This document shows positions 40,656 through 49,538 of a DNA stretch of 64,000 nt, piece by piece. The notes under the pieces are model-generated. The model had not been told where the DNA came from. It saw nothing but the letters and a program-made list of their open reading frames with translations, and searched no databases. The translations under genes were made by a program, and so were the position numbers. How positions within the stretch are numbered: position 1 is the stretch's first letter; the number at the start of each line of letters is the position of its first letter. The DNA comes from an uncultured Pseudomonadales bacterium. GTDB lineage: Bacteria > Patescibacteriota > Microgenomatia > UBA1400 > PJMF01. The stretch spans positions 46,284 through 110,283 of the forward strand of contig CAZYRN010000001.1 in assembly GCA_964650185.1 (NCBI GenBank), read 5' to 3'.

Positions 40656-41143
40656 TTTCTTCTAGCAAAACTCTCCACCAAAAATATGGCGGCAGGAATA
40701 AAGATTGCTGCCAATATACCATAGCCATTTTTTAGCTGCGCCAGCCACCAACCTACGTGGGGAATTAAGACTGTAACTTTACCCAAGACTGCGGAATTTA
40801 AAACAACTTCCGGTTCGTAATTTTGATTAGCATCACCCTTGGTAACATAGCTCTTTTCCTCTAAGTTTGGCGAAACTTTGTGTATTCGGTGGATGACCAA
40901 CTGCTCACCAGTTGCGGTCTGATATTTAAAAGCGATCACATCCCCAACTAAATATTCATCACTGGACTGAATAACAACCAAGCTCCCCATGGGCAAGGCT
41001 GGTTCCATTGACCCAGATTTGATTATCACCGGTTGATAGAGCTGCTGACCAACTGATGTCAATGGAACCAATAGCATTATGCTGACTAAAATCATTACTC
41101 CCAAAAGCATGTAGCTACAAATTTTAATGATCACAGACAGCAT
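40652..41143 (-). CDS. sipW: Signal peptidase I, SipW/ER type (S26B)
   Basis: SGSMEP, VIHRI (Ser-His type), TKGDAN. Confidence 0.88.
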   Translation of the reverse strand: MLSVIIKICSYMLLGVMILVSIMLLVPLTSVGQQLYQPVIIKSGSMEPALPMGSLVVIQSSDEYLVGDVIAFKYQTATGEQLVIHRIHKVSPNLEEKSYVTKGDANQNYEPEVVLNSAVLGKVTVLIPHVGWWLAQLKNGYGILAAIFIPAAIFLVESFARRK

Positions 41144-41171
41144 TGCTTTTTCTCCCTACCTCTTCCGTCAG

Positions 41172-41873
41172 TTAATAAGTAGTCTGTTGACCATAGAACT
41201 CAAAGTCGAGCTTCACAGTGCAATTCTGATACTCAATCCCAGCCTCTGGATCAAACTGCCAGGTAAAAAACAGCCCCTTGCCAGTACCATTAATTCCGCC
41301 AATTAAATCATCAGTTATCAACCCAGGTAGCACCGCCTCACCTGCCTCTAGATCAAACATCGCACCATTGTGAACCACATCCAAACCTGCAAATAACTCC
41401 ACCAATGTCAAGCCATCAGCATTGGTATCATAACTTGCTTCAAAGGTCGGCAGTAAGTTTTCTCCCTCATCCATGACGCCATTGGCATTGCGGTCATACC
41501 AGGCATCAATTAAATTAATCACTTCATCCAGATGTTTTTCGCCATAATAGATGCGATCTGTCATCGTCATCAAGACCGCATCAGCATCAATCTCACCGGT
41601 GTTTCTCACAAAAATTTGAGATTCAACCGTTTGCCCTGGCACCCAGTACTGAGAAGACGACCAGGTATTGGATGTGGTATCACTCCAATACTGAATTAAT
41701 GTATCAGCAACCTGATCTGAATTAGTGTCAGTGTCACTAATCTGGATCTGGAAAATACCCGCATAAAACTTATTTTCATCAGCAATTACCAGATCCGAGA
41801 AGATGGCATACCCATAGCCAATAGCAAAGATGCTAAGTAATAAGATTAATACTGAGAGCGAAAGTTTCTTCAT
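41172..41873 (-). CDS. TasA/camelysin-like protein with SipW-cognate signal peptide
   Basis: GYGYAIFSD...NKFYAG signal; WVPGQ...VRNTG; strong SD AAAGGAGG before ATG 41873. Confidence 0.75.
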   Translation of the reverse strand: MKKLSLSVLILLLSIFAIGYGYAIFSDLVIADENKFYAGIFQIQISDTDTNSDQVADTLIQYWSDTTSNTWSSSQYWVPGQTVESQIFVRNTGEIDADAVLMTMTDRIYYGEKHLDEVINLIDAWYDRNANGVMDEGENLLPTFEASYDTNADGLTLVELFAGLDVVHNGAMFDLEAGEAVLPGLITDDLIGGINGTGKGLFFTWQFDPEAGIEYQNCTVKLDFEFYGQQTTY

Positions 41874-41955
41874 TTTCTCCCCTCCTTTCAACTACAGCTT
41901 AGCTGGACATAGTTAAACTAAATGTAGGAAGAGCAGAGAGAAATGTGAAAGCTGG

Positions 41956-42303
41956 CTAAAACTCTTTCAGCAGCTCAGGTTTAACATTAAGATCTTGAAA
42001 TTGCTGCCGACGATACAACATGCCGATAATGGCATAAACAGCAATGTCGGTCCAAGTATCTTCAATTGATTCATTAGCTGGTTGATCCTGTGACATCAGT
42101 AAGTTTTTCAAACGTTGAGTTTTTTCCAAAATTCGCATGGAAATCCCCAATTCTTCAATCGAGAGAATGTTTTCTTTACCGTAATCTTTATGTTTTTTTA
42201 AAAAAACTTGCAGCAACTCATCGGTAATCTGAGCAAAAGCCTCATCAAGGGTTTTGGGTGATGAAGCAGAAACTGACTGAGATGATGATTGAGGCTGAGA
42301 CAT
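41956..42303 (-). CDS. DUF1599 (nucleotide-modification-associated) protein
   Basis: KKHKDYG...KTQRLKNL...ESIEDTWTDIAVYAII. Confidence 0.8.
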   Translation of the reverse strand: MSQPQSSSQSVSASSPKTLDEAFAQITDELLQVFLKKHKDYGKENILSIEELGISMRILEKTQRLKNLLMSQDQPANESIEDTWTDIAVYAIIGMLYRRQQFQDLNVKPELLKEF

Positions 42304-42360
42304 ATGATTCCTTTAAGTTATTAACTTTGGCAATATTGCTAATGATACACTAACTGCTAA

Positions 42361-42894
42361 ATGTGGGGACAGTATATTTTACTAGTTTTTCTGATTATTA
42401 TGGCGGGATTGATGGTGCGGCTGATGGTGCGGCTGTTGTTTCGCCTATATATTTCACTTCAAGGAGCTTTTTTTGCAGAAACGAGTGACACGCGCATTAA
42501 ACAATTTATGAGCCTAGTACCGCTCAAAAAAGGGATGATAGCAGCAGATCTTGGTTCTGGAGATGGTAGAATTTTAATCAAATTAGCCCAGAAAGCAAAT
42601 CTGACGGCGGTGGGTTATGAGATTGATCCTAAATTAGTTAAACTTTCCCGAGCCAAAATAGCAGAGGCAGGCTTAAGCTCAAGAATTACGATTAAGCAAC
42701 AAAGTTTTTGGCGCGCTGAGTTAGGAAACTTTGATCTAGTAACTGTTTACGGCGTGCAAGAGATGATGCCGCGACTTGAGAAAAAACTTTTGAAAGAACT
42801 TAAAAAGGGAGCAAGCATAGTGTCTGTTTACTTCAAATTTCCCAGTTGGATGGAAAAAAAGAGACTGGGAGATATTAGACTTTATCAAAAGTAA
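42361..42894 (+). CDS. Membrane-anchored SAM-dependent methyltransferase (FAM173-like)
   Basis: DLGSGDGRI, GYEIDP; N-terminal TM. Confidence 0.85.
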   Translation: MWGQYILLVFLIIMAGLMVRLMVRLLFRLYISLQGAFFAETSDTRIKQFMSLVPLKKGMIAADLGSGDGRILIKLAQKANLTAVGYEIDPKLVKLSRAKIAEAGLSSRITIKQQSFWRAELGNFDLVTVYGVQEMMPRLEKKLLKELKKGASIVSVYFKFPSWMEKKRLGDIRLYQK

Positions 42895-42907
42895 CCCAGC
42901 TGCATAA

Positions 42908-42936
42908 TTGCCTGATTGGGAGATTATGGGTATAAT
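42908..42936 (+). promoter_or_regulatory. Sigma70 promoter of tRNA-Glu
   Basis: TTGCCT-17 bp-TATAAT. Confidence 0.65.
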
Positions 42937-42973
42937 TCAGTACTCAATCTAGTTTTGACATGCTAAAGATTTT

Positions 42974-43046
42974 GGCCCCATCGTCTAGTGGCCTAGGACA
43001 TCGCCCTCTCACGGCGAAAACGCGGGTTCGATTCCCGCTGGGGTCA
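42974..43046 (+). tRNA. tRNA-Glu(CTC), CCA not encoded
   Basis: Acceptor stem GGCCCCA/TGGGGTC, anticodon stem TCGCC/GGCGA with loop CTCTCAC, T-arm GGTTCGATTCC; followed by CAT, not CCA. Confidence 0.97.
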
Positions 43047-43090
43047 CATACACGCATATACACGAACATACATTGATATACGTTTACATA
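43046..43090. repeat. Imperfect 10-bp tandem repeats right after tRNA-Glu
   Basis: acatacacgc/atatacacga/acatacattg/atatacgttt/acata. Confidence 0.6.
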
Positions 43091-43238
43091 GCTTCCTTCA
43101 TAATTTCGTCAATTTTTTTGAATAAATTTTTTATTAGTGACTAAACAGGCGTTGAGGAGGATGGAGACAGGAGTTTATTTCAATAAAGCTTTTAATGAAT
43201 ACAGATGAGTATTATTTATGTATAATACCAGCTTCTTT

Positions 43239-44258
43239 ATGTCACACGAATATACATCAGAGTATGCTAGAAAATATATAGAATCGACTCTAGCATCTCC
43301 ATACACAATCTACAAAAATAAAGTCATTGCAGATTTATGCACTGGCTTTCAATCTGTTTGGGATTTGGGTGGCAATGTTTCTGGACTAATTAGACAACCA
43401 GGTTCTTTGAGATTTCAATTAGAAAAAAAAGGCGTTGATTACAGATCTATTGATTTAGTCCCAGCCTACTTTAGCACTGTATTTGCTAAAAGTCTTGGAG
43501 TTGATGGATCTTCAATTTTCCCTAGCTTATTGGGAGTAGTTGGTGATATCCAGGAACTTCCTTTAGCATCTGATTCATTAGAAGTAGTTATTTCTGCAGA
43601 TGTTATTGAGCACATTCCTAATCCAAGTCAAGCAATATTAGAAATAAAAAGAGTGCTAAAACCAGGGGGAAAGGCAATCATTGTTGTTCCATCTTTATAT
43701 AAACTAGATGCTATTCACGCTGATCATGTTGAGGAAAAAAGATATTCGTCTCACGAAAATAAGCTGACCTTTGCAGAATGGCAAAAACTAATTGAAGGTA
43801 GTGGCCTAAGTATTGATATTGAACAATCAAGACCACTAGGTATCCTCTCTGGCTTATTATATGTAGCTTGGCTAGATGAGAGATTTGTTCCTCAAAAAGC
43901 TTCACAACGAGAAAAAGAGACATTCTCAAAAGAAGCAATTCTCTTCAAAAAAGTGAAAAATGTAGTATCCGCTCTAGATGCCGAATTTGACGAACTCCTG
44001 AGAGCAGATCAAGATCTCCCGCAAACACTGATTGATTTACTCAAATCTGGTGATATTTATGGACTATTAGACAAAATAAAAGAAATTGTCACTGCCAGAA
44101 TGGGAGAAACAGATCTAACAAACCTTGAAACTTTACTTGAAATTATAGCTGAAAATCATCTAAATCAGGAATCTCTTGTAAAAATACAAAATCTAGCAAA
44201 CAATCAAGGAAATCTTTTTCTTGGAAACTCTGCTCTATTTGTAGCTACAAATGAATAA
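43239..44258 (+). CDS. Class I SAM-dependent methyltransferase
   Basis: VWDLGGN, GDIQELPL, DVIEHIP, RVLKPGG; AT-rich; start moved to ATG 43239 after TATAAT. Confidence 0.85.
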   Translation: MSHEYTSEYARKYIESTLASPYTIYKNKVIADLCTGFQSVWDLGGNVSGLIRQPGSLRFQLEKKGVDYRSIDLVPAYFSTVFAKSLGVDGSSIFPSLLGVVGDIQELPLASDSLEVVISADVIEHIPNPSQAILEIKRVLKPGGKAIIVVPSLYKLDAIHADHVEEKRYSSHENKLTFAEWQKLIEGSGLSIDIEQSRPLGILSGLLYVAWLDERFVPQKASQREKETFSKEAILFKKVKNVVSALDAEFDELLRADQDLPQTLIDLLKSGDIYGLLDKIKEIVTARMGETDLTNLETLLEIIAENHLNQESLVKIQNLANNQGNLFLGNSALFVATNE

Positions 44259-44312
44259 AATCACTTTTGTCTTTTTAAATTTGGTAGCATCACATAACCT
44301 TAGTTCAATACC

Positions 44313-44605
44313 CTATGGGGATGTAATAAAGCCGAGAGCCTTTACATCTGCGTAAAAAAGGTCAAATAGTTTGACCAGATCCGAGATGATTTGGTTCGGT
44401 TTCCAAAGGTGTGGGGTCACCATTTTCGCATTTTTCATCAACAAGTGACTGGATTAGCTCGAAGGATGGGGATAAATTTGCTGGTTCGGATTTTTTGTCT
44501 TCTGATACAAGCAAGGTGTTGAGAAACGCTGTTGAATATCGAGAAACACTTTTTGAAGTAGCGCTTGCTGTTTTGGAAAATCTAATTTCTCCCACCTTCT
44601 CCAGC
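44313..44605 (-). pseudogene. Frameshifted remnant resembling the C-terminus of a tRNA-targeting site-specific recombinase, overlapping a degenerate copy of the tRNA-Glu 3' end
   Basis: Fragments WEKLDFPKQQALLQKVF / KIRTSKFIPILRAN / MVTPHLWKPNQIISDL lie in different frames; GGTTCG...TGGGGTCACCA at 44393-44422. Confidence 0.45.
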
Positions 44606-44749
44606 TAAAACATCCACAGTGAAATTCGCACTGTCCTCTTTGGGTCTAAAATAGCCGCCGCCATCTTCATTTAAGTCTATCACATGGATATCTACTAACT
44701 GGGCCTGGTCAGTGCTTTTTTTATCATCCTGAGCAATAATATATGGCTA

Positions 44750-45451
44750 ATGCTTAAATTTAATTATAACCTATTCCAACATTCTCTCGTTTCCAAAAAA
44801 CAATTGATCGTTGTATTACTAGCGGGGGACCTAATAATTTTTGTTTTTCATCTCCTCTTTAATCAGTATCAGTTTTTTCACTTTGATTTTGAGCAGAATT
44901 TACCCACTTATTATCAGTCATTTAAACTAATCTTTTTTGGCATATTCTTCTTGGCCATAAGTCTAAAATCTTTTCATAATAATATTACTAAATTTTTTAT
45001 GCTTCCTTTGGCTATGTTTTTATTTCTGCTTGGTCTGGATGAGTTGCTGCAAATTCACGAAAATATTTATCGCATCTTTACGTTCGTCGACTGGTTTCAT
45101 CCCAGTAAAATCGTGGCAGCATCCATGAAAATGGGCTATCGATCTTCGTTGTGGATCCTATATTACTTACCGCTACTCTTACTATTCGTATTCTGGAGCG
45201 GATACTGGATGAACTATTTTCAATCTCGTTTAAATAACAATTTTAGTTTATTTATGCTTAGTTTTATTTCATTTTTCACAATTATTATCACTGAAATCTT
45301 GAGTTCTACAGGAACGTATAGCGACGCTGTATATTTTTTGCTCGTGACTATAGAGGAAACAGCTGAAATGCTATTAGCTACATTTCTGATTCTAGTTGGC
45401 GTGCAGCTGCTCAAGTTCACCCAAGACTCACTTCATGAGACTAATAATTAG
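44750..45451 (+). CDS. Hypothetical multi-TM membrane protein
   Basis: About 6 TMs; EQNLPT, DELLQIHE and EETAEM motifs. Confidence 0.7.
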   Translation: MLKFNYNLFQHSLVSKKQLIVVLLAGDLIIFVFHLLFNQYQFFHFDFEQNLPTYYQSFKLIFFGIFFLAISLKSFHNNITKFFMLPLAMFLFLLGLDELLQIHENIYRIFTFVDWFHPSKIVAASMKMGYRSSLWILYYLPLLLLFVFWSGYWMNYFQSRLNNNFSLFMLSFISFFTIIITEILSSTGTYSDAVYFLLVTIEETAEMLLATFLILVGVQLLKFTQDSLHETNN

Positions 45452-45462
45452 CCTAAACTATT

Positions 45463-45600
45463 TTAAGGTAGACTAATTCTGCTAGCAAAGATAAACCAAA
45501 TAATTAAGCCAATCAGATGAAAAATGGAAAAATTGGTCAAAAGTGACTTAATACCTTTTTTAGAGGGAAGATTTGGGGTTGAATTTGGGGGTGTGTGCAT
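45463..45600 (-). CDS. Small 45-aa single-TM ORF (possibly truncated)
   Basis: MHTPPNSTPNLPSKKGIKSLLTNFSIFHLIGLIIWFIFASRISLP; TAGAAT 8 nt upstream of the ATG. Confidence 0.45.
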   Translation of the reverse strand: MHTPPNSTPNLPSKKGIKSLLTNFSIFHLIGLIIWFIFASRISLP

Positions 45601-45778
45601 TTGTAAATATTCTAGTAATAAAAAGCGGTGGTGTTAAAGAGCTGGAGGGAAAGCCATATCTGCACTATTTTGTTACAGTTATTGACATTTAATGGGCTTA
45701 TAATATTTAATTATTAGATAATTCTTATAAAATTTAAAACTAATCTGTTTTGATTAATAATCTTTGAGGAGCATTCGC

Positions 45779-46861
45779 ATGTCAAATATCACAGCTAAAG
45801 AAATCCATCACCAAGAAACAGATAAACCTATTAAAAATTCCGAGAAAAGATCACGGCGTTAATACTCCAGAATAAACGCGGTGATTTATGGCGCCTTAAT
45901 TGCTGTAACTGCAGCTGCCGAATTTAATAATGCAATTCCTGCTCGTGCAGAGGATGCAACTCCAACTTCTACACCCACTCCTGGTGAGTCTGATCCAAGC
46001 TTAGTGGTTACTGAAGCTGCCAGAAATGCTGCAGAGACAGAGGTAGCTTATGAGAAGCTTCCGGAAACTACACCTTATAGGTGGGTTTCAGATGAAGTTA
46101 AAAATGAGCCCGGTCATGAAAGATTTTCTGGAGAACTTTATCAACTGCCAGATGGTAAACCACTTAAACCTGGGGATGTAATAAGAATTTCTGTATATGT
46201 TCCTAGTGATAGTCTTTTTGGTTTTGGAACTTTACAGAATGATGAGAATATATCTGCTTGGATTTCAGAGCAGAATATGCTCCCAGGCGAGACTCCGTCA
46301 CCGCTCTTAGCCGGAGCAACTCATGGCAGGTACCAGGAACTGCTCGTAGTTGTTGGTCCTGACGGAAAAATTACCTTTAATGTACAAACAGAAGCTGATG
46401 AAAGTCCTGGCTCATGTTTTGTGATTGTAAATGTATTAGGAATCGTTGATCTGAATACACCCGTTCCTCCTGTAGAGTCCACAGCTACGGCTGTGTTTGC
46501 TACAGCTACTCTTGCCCAAAATCCAGAACAAGACGAGCTCACTCAACCACCCAGCGATCAAGATGAACCAAGAAATCCCAACCCAACCCCAACTCCTCAG
46601 CCCGCAGATACTCCGGAGGCACCCCCTGAACCAGGTGCTGAAAGTGACATTGAGCTTGATGAAATTCCTTACCGAGGTGAAATGGATGAAGCAGGACTTA
46701 CAACTCTTCGTGAAAATATAACATCTGAGGAGTGGATTAGTATCACTGATGACAATTTAATTATTCTATGGTTGGGAACGATCGGTGCAGCAATTGCCCT
46801 GGCTTATTGGTCTTGGAAAGACGATGAGACCGGTAATGAAGACAGCCAGTCTGATAACTAA
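45779..46861 (+). pseudogene. Pro/Thr-rich surface protein with signal peptide and C-terminal TM; in-frame TAA at 45860-45862
   Basis: SD GAGGAG plus ATG 45779 is in frame with ORF 45881-46861; reads ...EKRSRR*YSRINAVIYGALIAV...ARAED. Confidence 0.6.
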
Positions 46862-46902
46862 GGTCTTTGATCAACCTGAGGCGAAAATTAAATCAGTCTG
46901 CC

Positions 46903-47838
46903 ATGTCTAAACCTGAATATTCTCCTTCCAGTCTAGATTGTCAAAAATGGGGATTAATTTTTAATTATCTCACTCAATCTCTTGGCATAAAAGTTGGCTT
47001 AACGATCTTGATAACTTGGCTGGCATTTGTCAACGAAGATCAATATTGGGAGACTGAAAATCTTAGCCTAGTTATTCCAGTTGCAGCCGAACTCACCGAT
47101 GATTTTGATAAAAATGGCAGTCTCCCAGCCACAAATACAGTCACTACCACTTCCCCAGACTTGCCCATAGAAAAAATATTATCAAGCCATGAGGGAGTTA
47201 TTGATAGTGATCAAGTTCATGAGCGTGGTTCATTTAATTCCATGTTCTATGGTATTGATCTAGCAAAACCACTAAATTTTGTTATTCCTCCAAGCATTAA
47301 CCCTCATGCTGATCAAGATATTGCAATTAATATTGATACTCCGTTTTCTTTAAAAGTAAACAGCTGGATTAAATTTAGAGATGAAATAATTAGGTTTAAT
47401 GAGTACTTGCGTAACAATGAGTACGCCATCACTGCTTCTGGACTTTATGGCGATCATTACTACCTAATTCACTCAGGTATAGTGGCTGATCCAAATATAG
47501 AATCTGGTTACCGCATCTATCCTGGAGAGTATCTAAGACATATGGGAGATGAAATTGTCGGTACACAACTTAAACTTGGGCAGATAGATTCAAATCAAGC
47601 GCTAAATACAGAACTTATCCTAACTGCGGTAGATGTAATCGATTTAAACAGCGAAGCATTTTGGGAAAGCTTTCAGCAAATAGATAGTGGACCACTTTTT
47701 ATCAACCCAGAGCTGCTTGGAATTAACATAAAGTATTTTGGCGAAAATTATATCAAGATAGTAACTTGTGATTTAAATGGTGATATTACAATCATTATCT
47801 ATGGGGTCAATCAAACCAAAGCAGATCAGTCCAGTTAA
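46903..47838 (+). CDS. Membrane-anchored protein, divergent sortase-like
   Basis: N-terminal TM, LIHSG, KIVTC near the C-terminus. Confidence 0.45.
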   Translation: MSKPEYSPSSLDCQKWGLIFNYLTQSLGIKVGLTILITWLAFVNEDQYWETENLSLVIPVAAELTDDFDKNGSLPATNTVTTTSPDLPIEKILSSHEGVIDSDQVHERGSFNSMFYGIDLAKPLNFVIPPSINPHADQDIAINIDTPFSLKVNSWIKFRDEIIRFNEYLRNNEYAITASGLYGDHYYLIHSGIVADPNIESGYRIYPGEYLRHMGDEIVGTQLKLGQIDSNQALNTELILTAVDVIDLNSEAFWESFQQIDSGPLFINPELLGINIKYFGENYIKIVTCDLNGDITIIIYGVNQTKADQSS

Positions 47839-47898
47839 CTGTTTTTTTAGTTTCTTTTTGATATACTAATTACATTACTCACATTCTAAAGGAGTGTC

Positions 47899-48441
47899 AT
47901 GCTAGCCTATCTCACTAGTCCTGAAGCAAAAAAGTACATAAGTCGCCTGGAGGAAGTTTTTTCCTCTCTGCCAAAGCTACCGCAAAATTTTATTGATTTT
48001 CTCGTTCGGGTCTTACCTTGGTTGGTAGCGCTGGGCGGAATTTTAAGTGCCTTGAGCGTGATTTCTTCCTTAAGATTAGCGCTTGGCATGACACCTAACC
48101 AAGAGCTGTGGAATGAAATAGTAAAAATTAGCCCAATTTATTACTATATTGGCGCTGCTGTTCAAGCAGGTGCGGCATTCCTTGCTTATCTAGCTTTTAA
48201 TCCACTCAAGGAGCAAAAGCTGGAAGGTTGGATCTATGTTTTTTGGACTAGCATACTTAGCCTTGTATCTACTGCTGCGGCTATTATTTTCGCCAGCGGT
48301 TCCATTGTTTGGTCAATTTTCTGGGTCTTAGTAGGCTGGTACCTGCTATTTCAGATTAAACCAGCTTATAATGGCGGAGCTGTTAAAGCTGATGCTGCGA
48401 CAAAACCAGCTGCAAAAAAGACCAAAAAGTCAGCCAAGTAA
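47899..48441 (+). CDS. Hypothetical 4-TM membrane protein
   Basis: LPKLP...VRVLPW, GW..VFW, YLLFQIK; SD AAGGAG. Confidence 0.75.
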   Translation: MLAYLTSPEAKKYISRLEEVFSSLPKLPQNFIDFLVRVLPWLVALGGILSALSVISSLRLALGMTPNQELWNEIVKISPIYYYIGAAVQAGAAFLAYLAFNPLKEQKLEGWIYVFWTSILSLVSTAAAIIFASGSIVWSIFWVLVGWYLLFQIKPAYNGGAVKADAATKPAAKKTKKSAK

Positions 48442-48446
48442 GCTAG

Positions 48447-48818
48447 CTACGAGGTAACCTCTAGATTATCGACCACTTCTTCTAAGTCATCGAGTTCTTC
48501 ATCGATATCTGAGACTCGTTCTTGAAGGGCGGTGTTGATGTCAGTGACGGCTTCCTCCAGATCAGTCACTCGCTCCTGCAAAGCGACATTGATATCGGTA
48601 ATCGCTCCTTCTAAAGAGTTGATTCTTTCAACTACAGCATCAAACATTTCTTCCACGTCATCTTTATAATCAGCCAACCCTTGTGTTAAATTTGCCAAGC
48701 GCTCATCAATTTCATTTTGCTTAGCGATAATAAGATTAATAATCTTGACCAGCTCTTCATTATCAATCTTGCGCTGATCACTTAAAACGATATCAAATTC
48801 TTCAATCGGAAAGACCAT
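48447..48818 (-). CDS. Acidic coiled-coil protein with 18-aa repeats
   Basis: LEGAITDINVALQERVTD / LEEAVTDINTALQERVSD. Confidence 0.65.
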   Translation of the reverse strand: MVFPIEEFDIVLSDQRKIDNEELVKIINLIIAKQNEIDERLANLTQGLADYKDDVEEMFDAVVERINSLEGAITDINVALQERVTDLEEAVTDINTALQERVSDIDEELDDLEEVVDNLEVTS

Positions 48819-48899
48819 GTTAATATCTTACGATGGCACACTCACAAAGTTGCTATGAATAAGGTAAGAGTTGGGTAATGAGAAAATGAGCTACAAATG

Positions 48900-49478
48900 T
48901 TATCGCAGTGGGACAGCAATCACTACAGTCGCCTGTTTTTGCAGCAGATCTAAAGTATAGAGAATAATCTCTTCGCGCTCGACTGACATGACAGCGCCGA
49001 GCTGTTCAGCACTGATGTATCTGGTTTCCACAACAGTGTAGCGATACCAACCGCCATTACTGGCTAATACATAGACCTCATGACCAAGTTTAGCCTGACT
49101 TAAATTTTGCAAGCTAAAATCACGATTCACACCTTGAATCACGACTGGCAGACCTCGGCCAATGCCAGTAGCTCCAGCAACTTGTCTAGCAGGCATATCT
49201 AAATTAAAGCCACTCAGCCAACTATTCTTATTTTTTTCCACCACCGTATCAATGCCAATTTCAGGGATTCTAACTCTGGTTACTTCAAGTCGGCGATCAA
49301 CAAATATGGTTTCGGTCTCTGGTGAAGCGAATGTTTGAACGGGATATTGATGAATGGTTAAACCCATTCCCACCCCTAAACCTAGACCCATCACCAACAC
49401 TAAATAAAATTTATTTCCAAAAATAACTTCAAGAGGTTTAGTGGCACTGATAAATAAGCGATAAAATGTGTTAAGCAT
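48900..49478 (-). CDS. Sortase-fold protein lacking catalytic His/Cys/Arg
   Basis: TM, RVRIPEIGID, LSQAKLGHEVYV, YRYTVVETRYI, EIILYTL. Confidence 0.65.
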   Translation of the reverse strand: MLNTFYRLFISATKPLEVIFGNKFYLVLVMGLGLGVGMGLTIHQYPVQTFASPETETIFVDRRLEVTRVRIPEIGIDTVVEKNKNSWLSGFNLDMPARQVAGATGIGRGLPVVIQGVNRDFSLQNLSQAKLGHEVYVLASNGGWYRYTVVETRYISAEQLGAVMSVEREEIILYTLDLLQKQATVVIAVPLR

Positions 49479-49538
49479 GATTTACTACATCACATTATAT
49501 CAGATACTAGCTTTACTGCGACTGATACAATAAAGTCA

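Noticed and set aside
43046-43090. CRISPR array
   Set aside because: Units are 10 bp with no spacers and no cas genes; no CRISPR-like array was seen anywhere in the window.
44362-44608. ORFs 44362-44595 (-) and 44411-44608 (+) as real genes
   Set aside because: No recognisable product; the region is better explained as a frameshifted relic.
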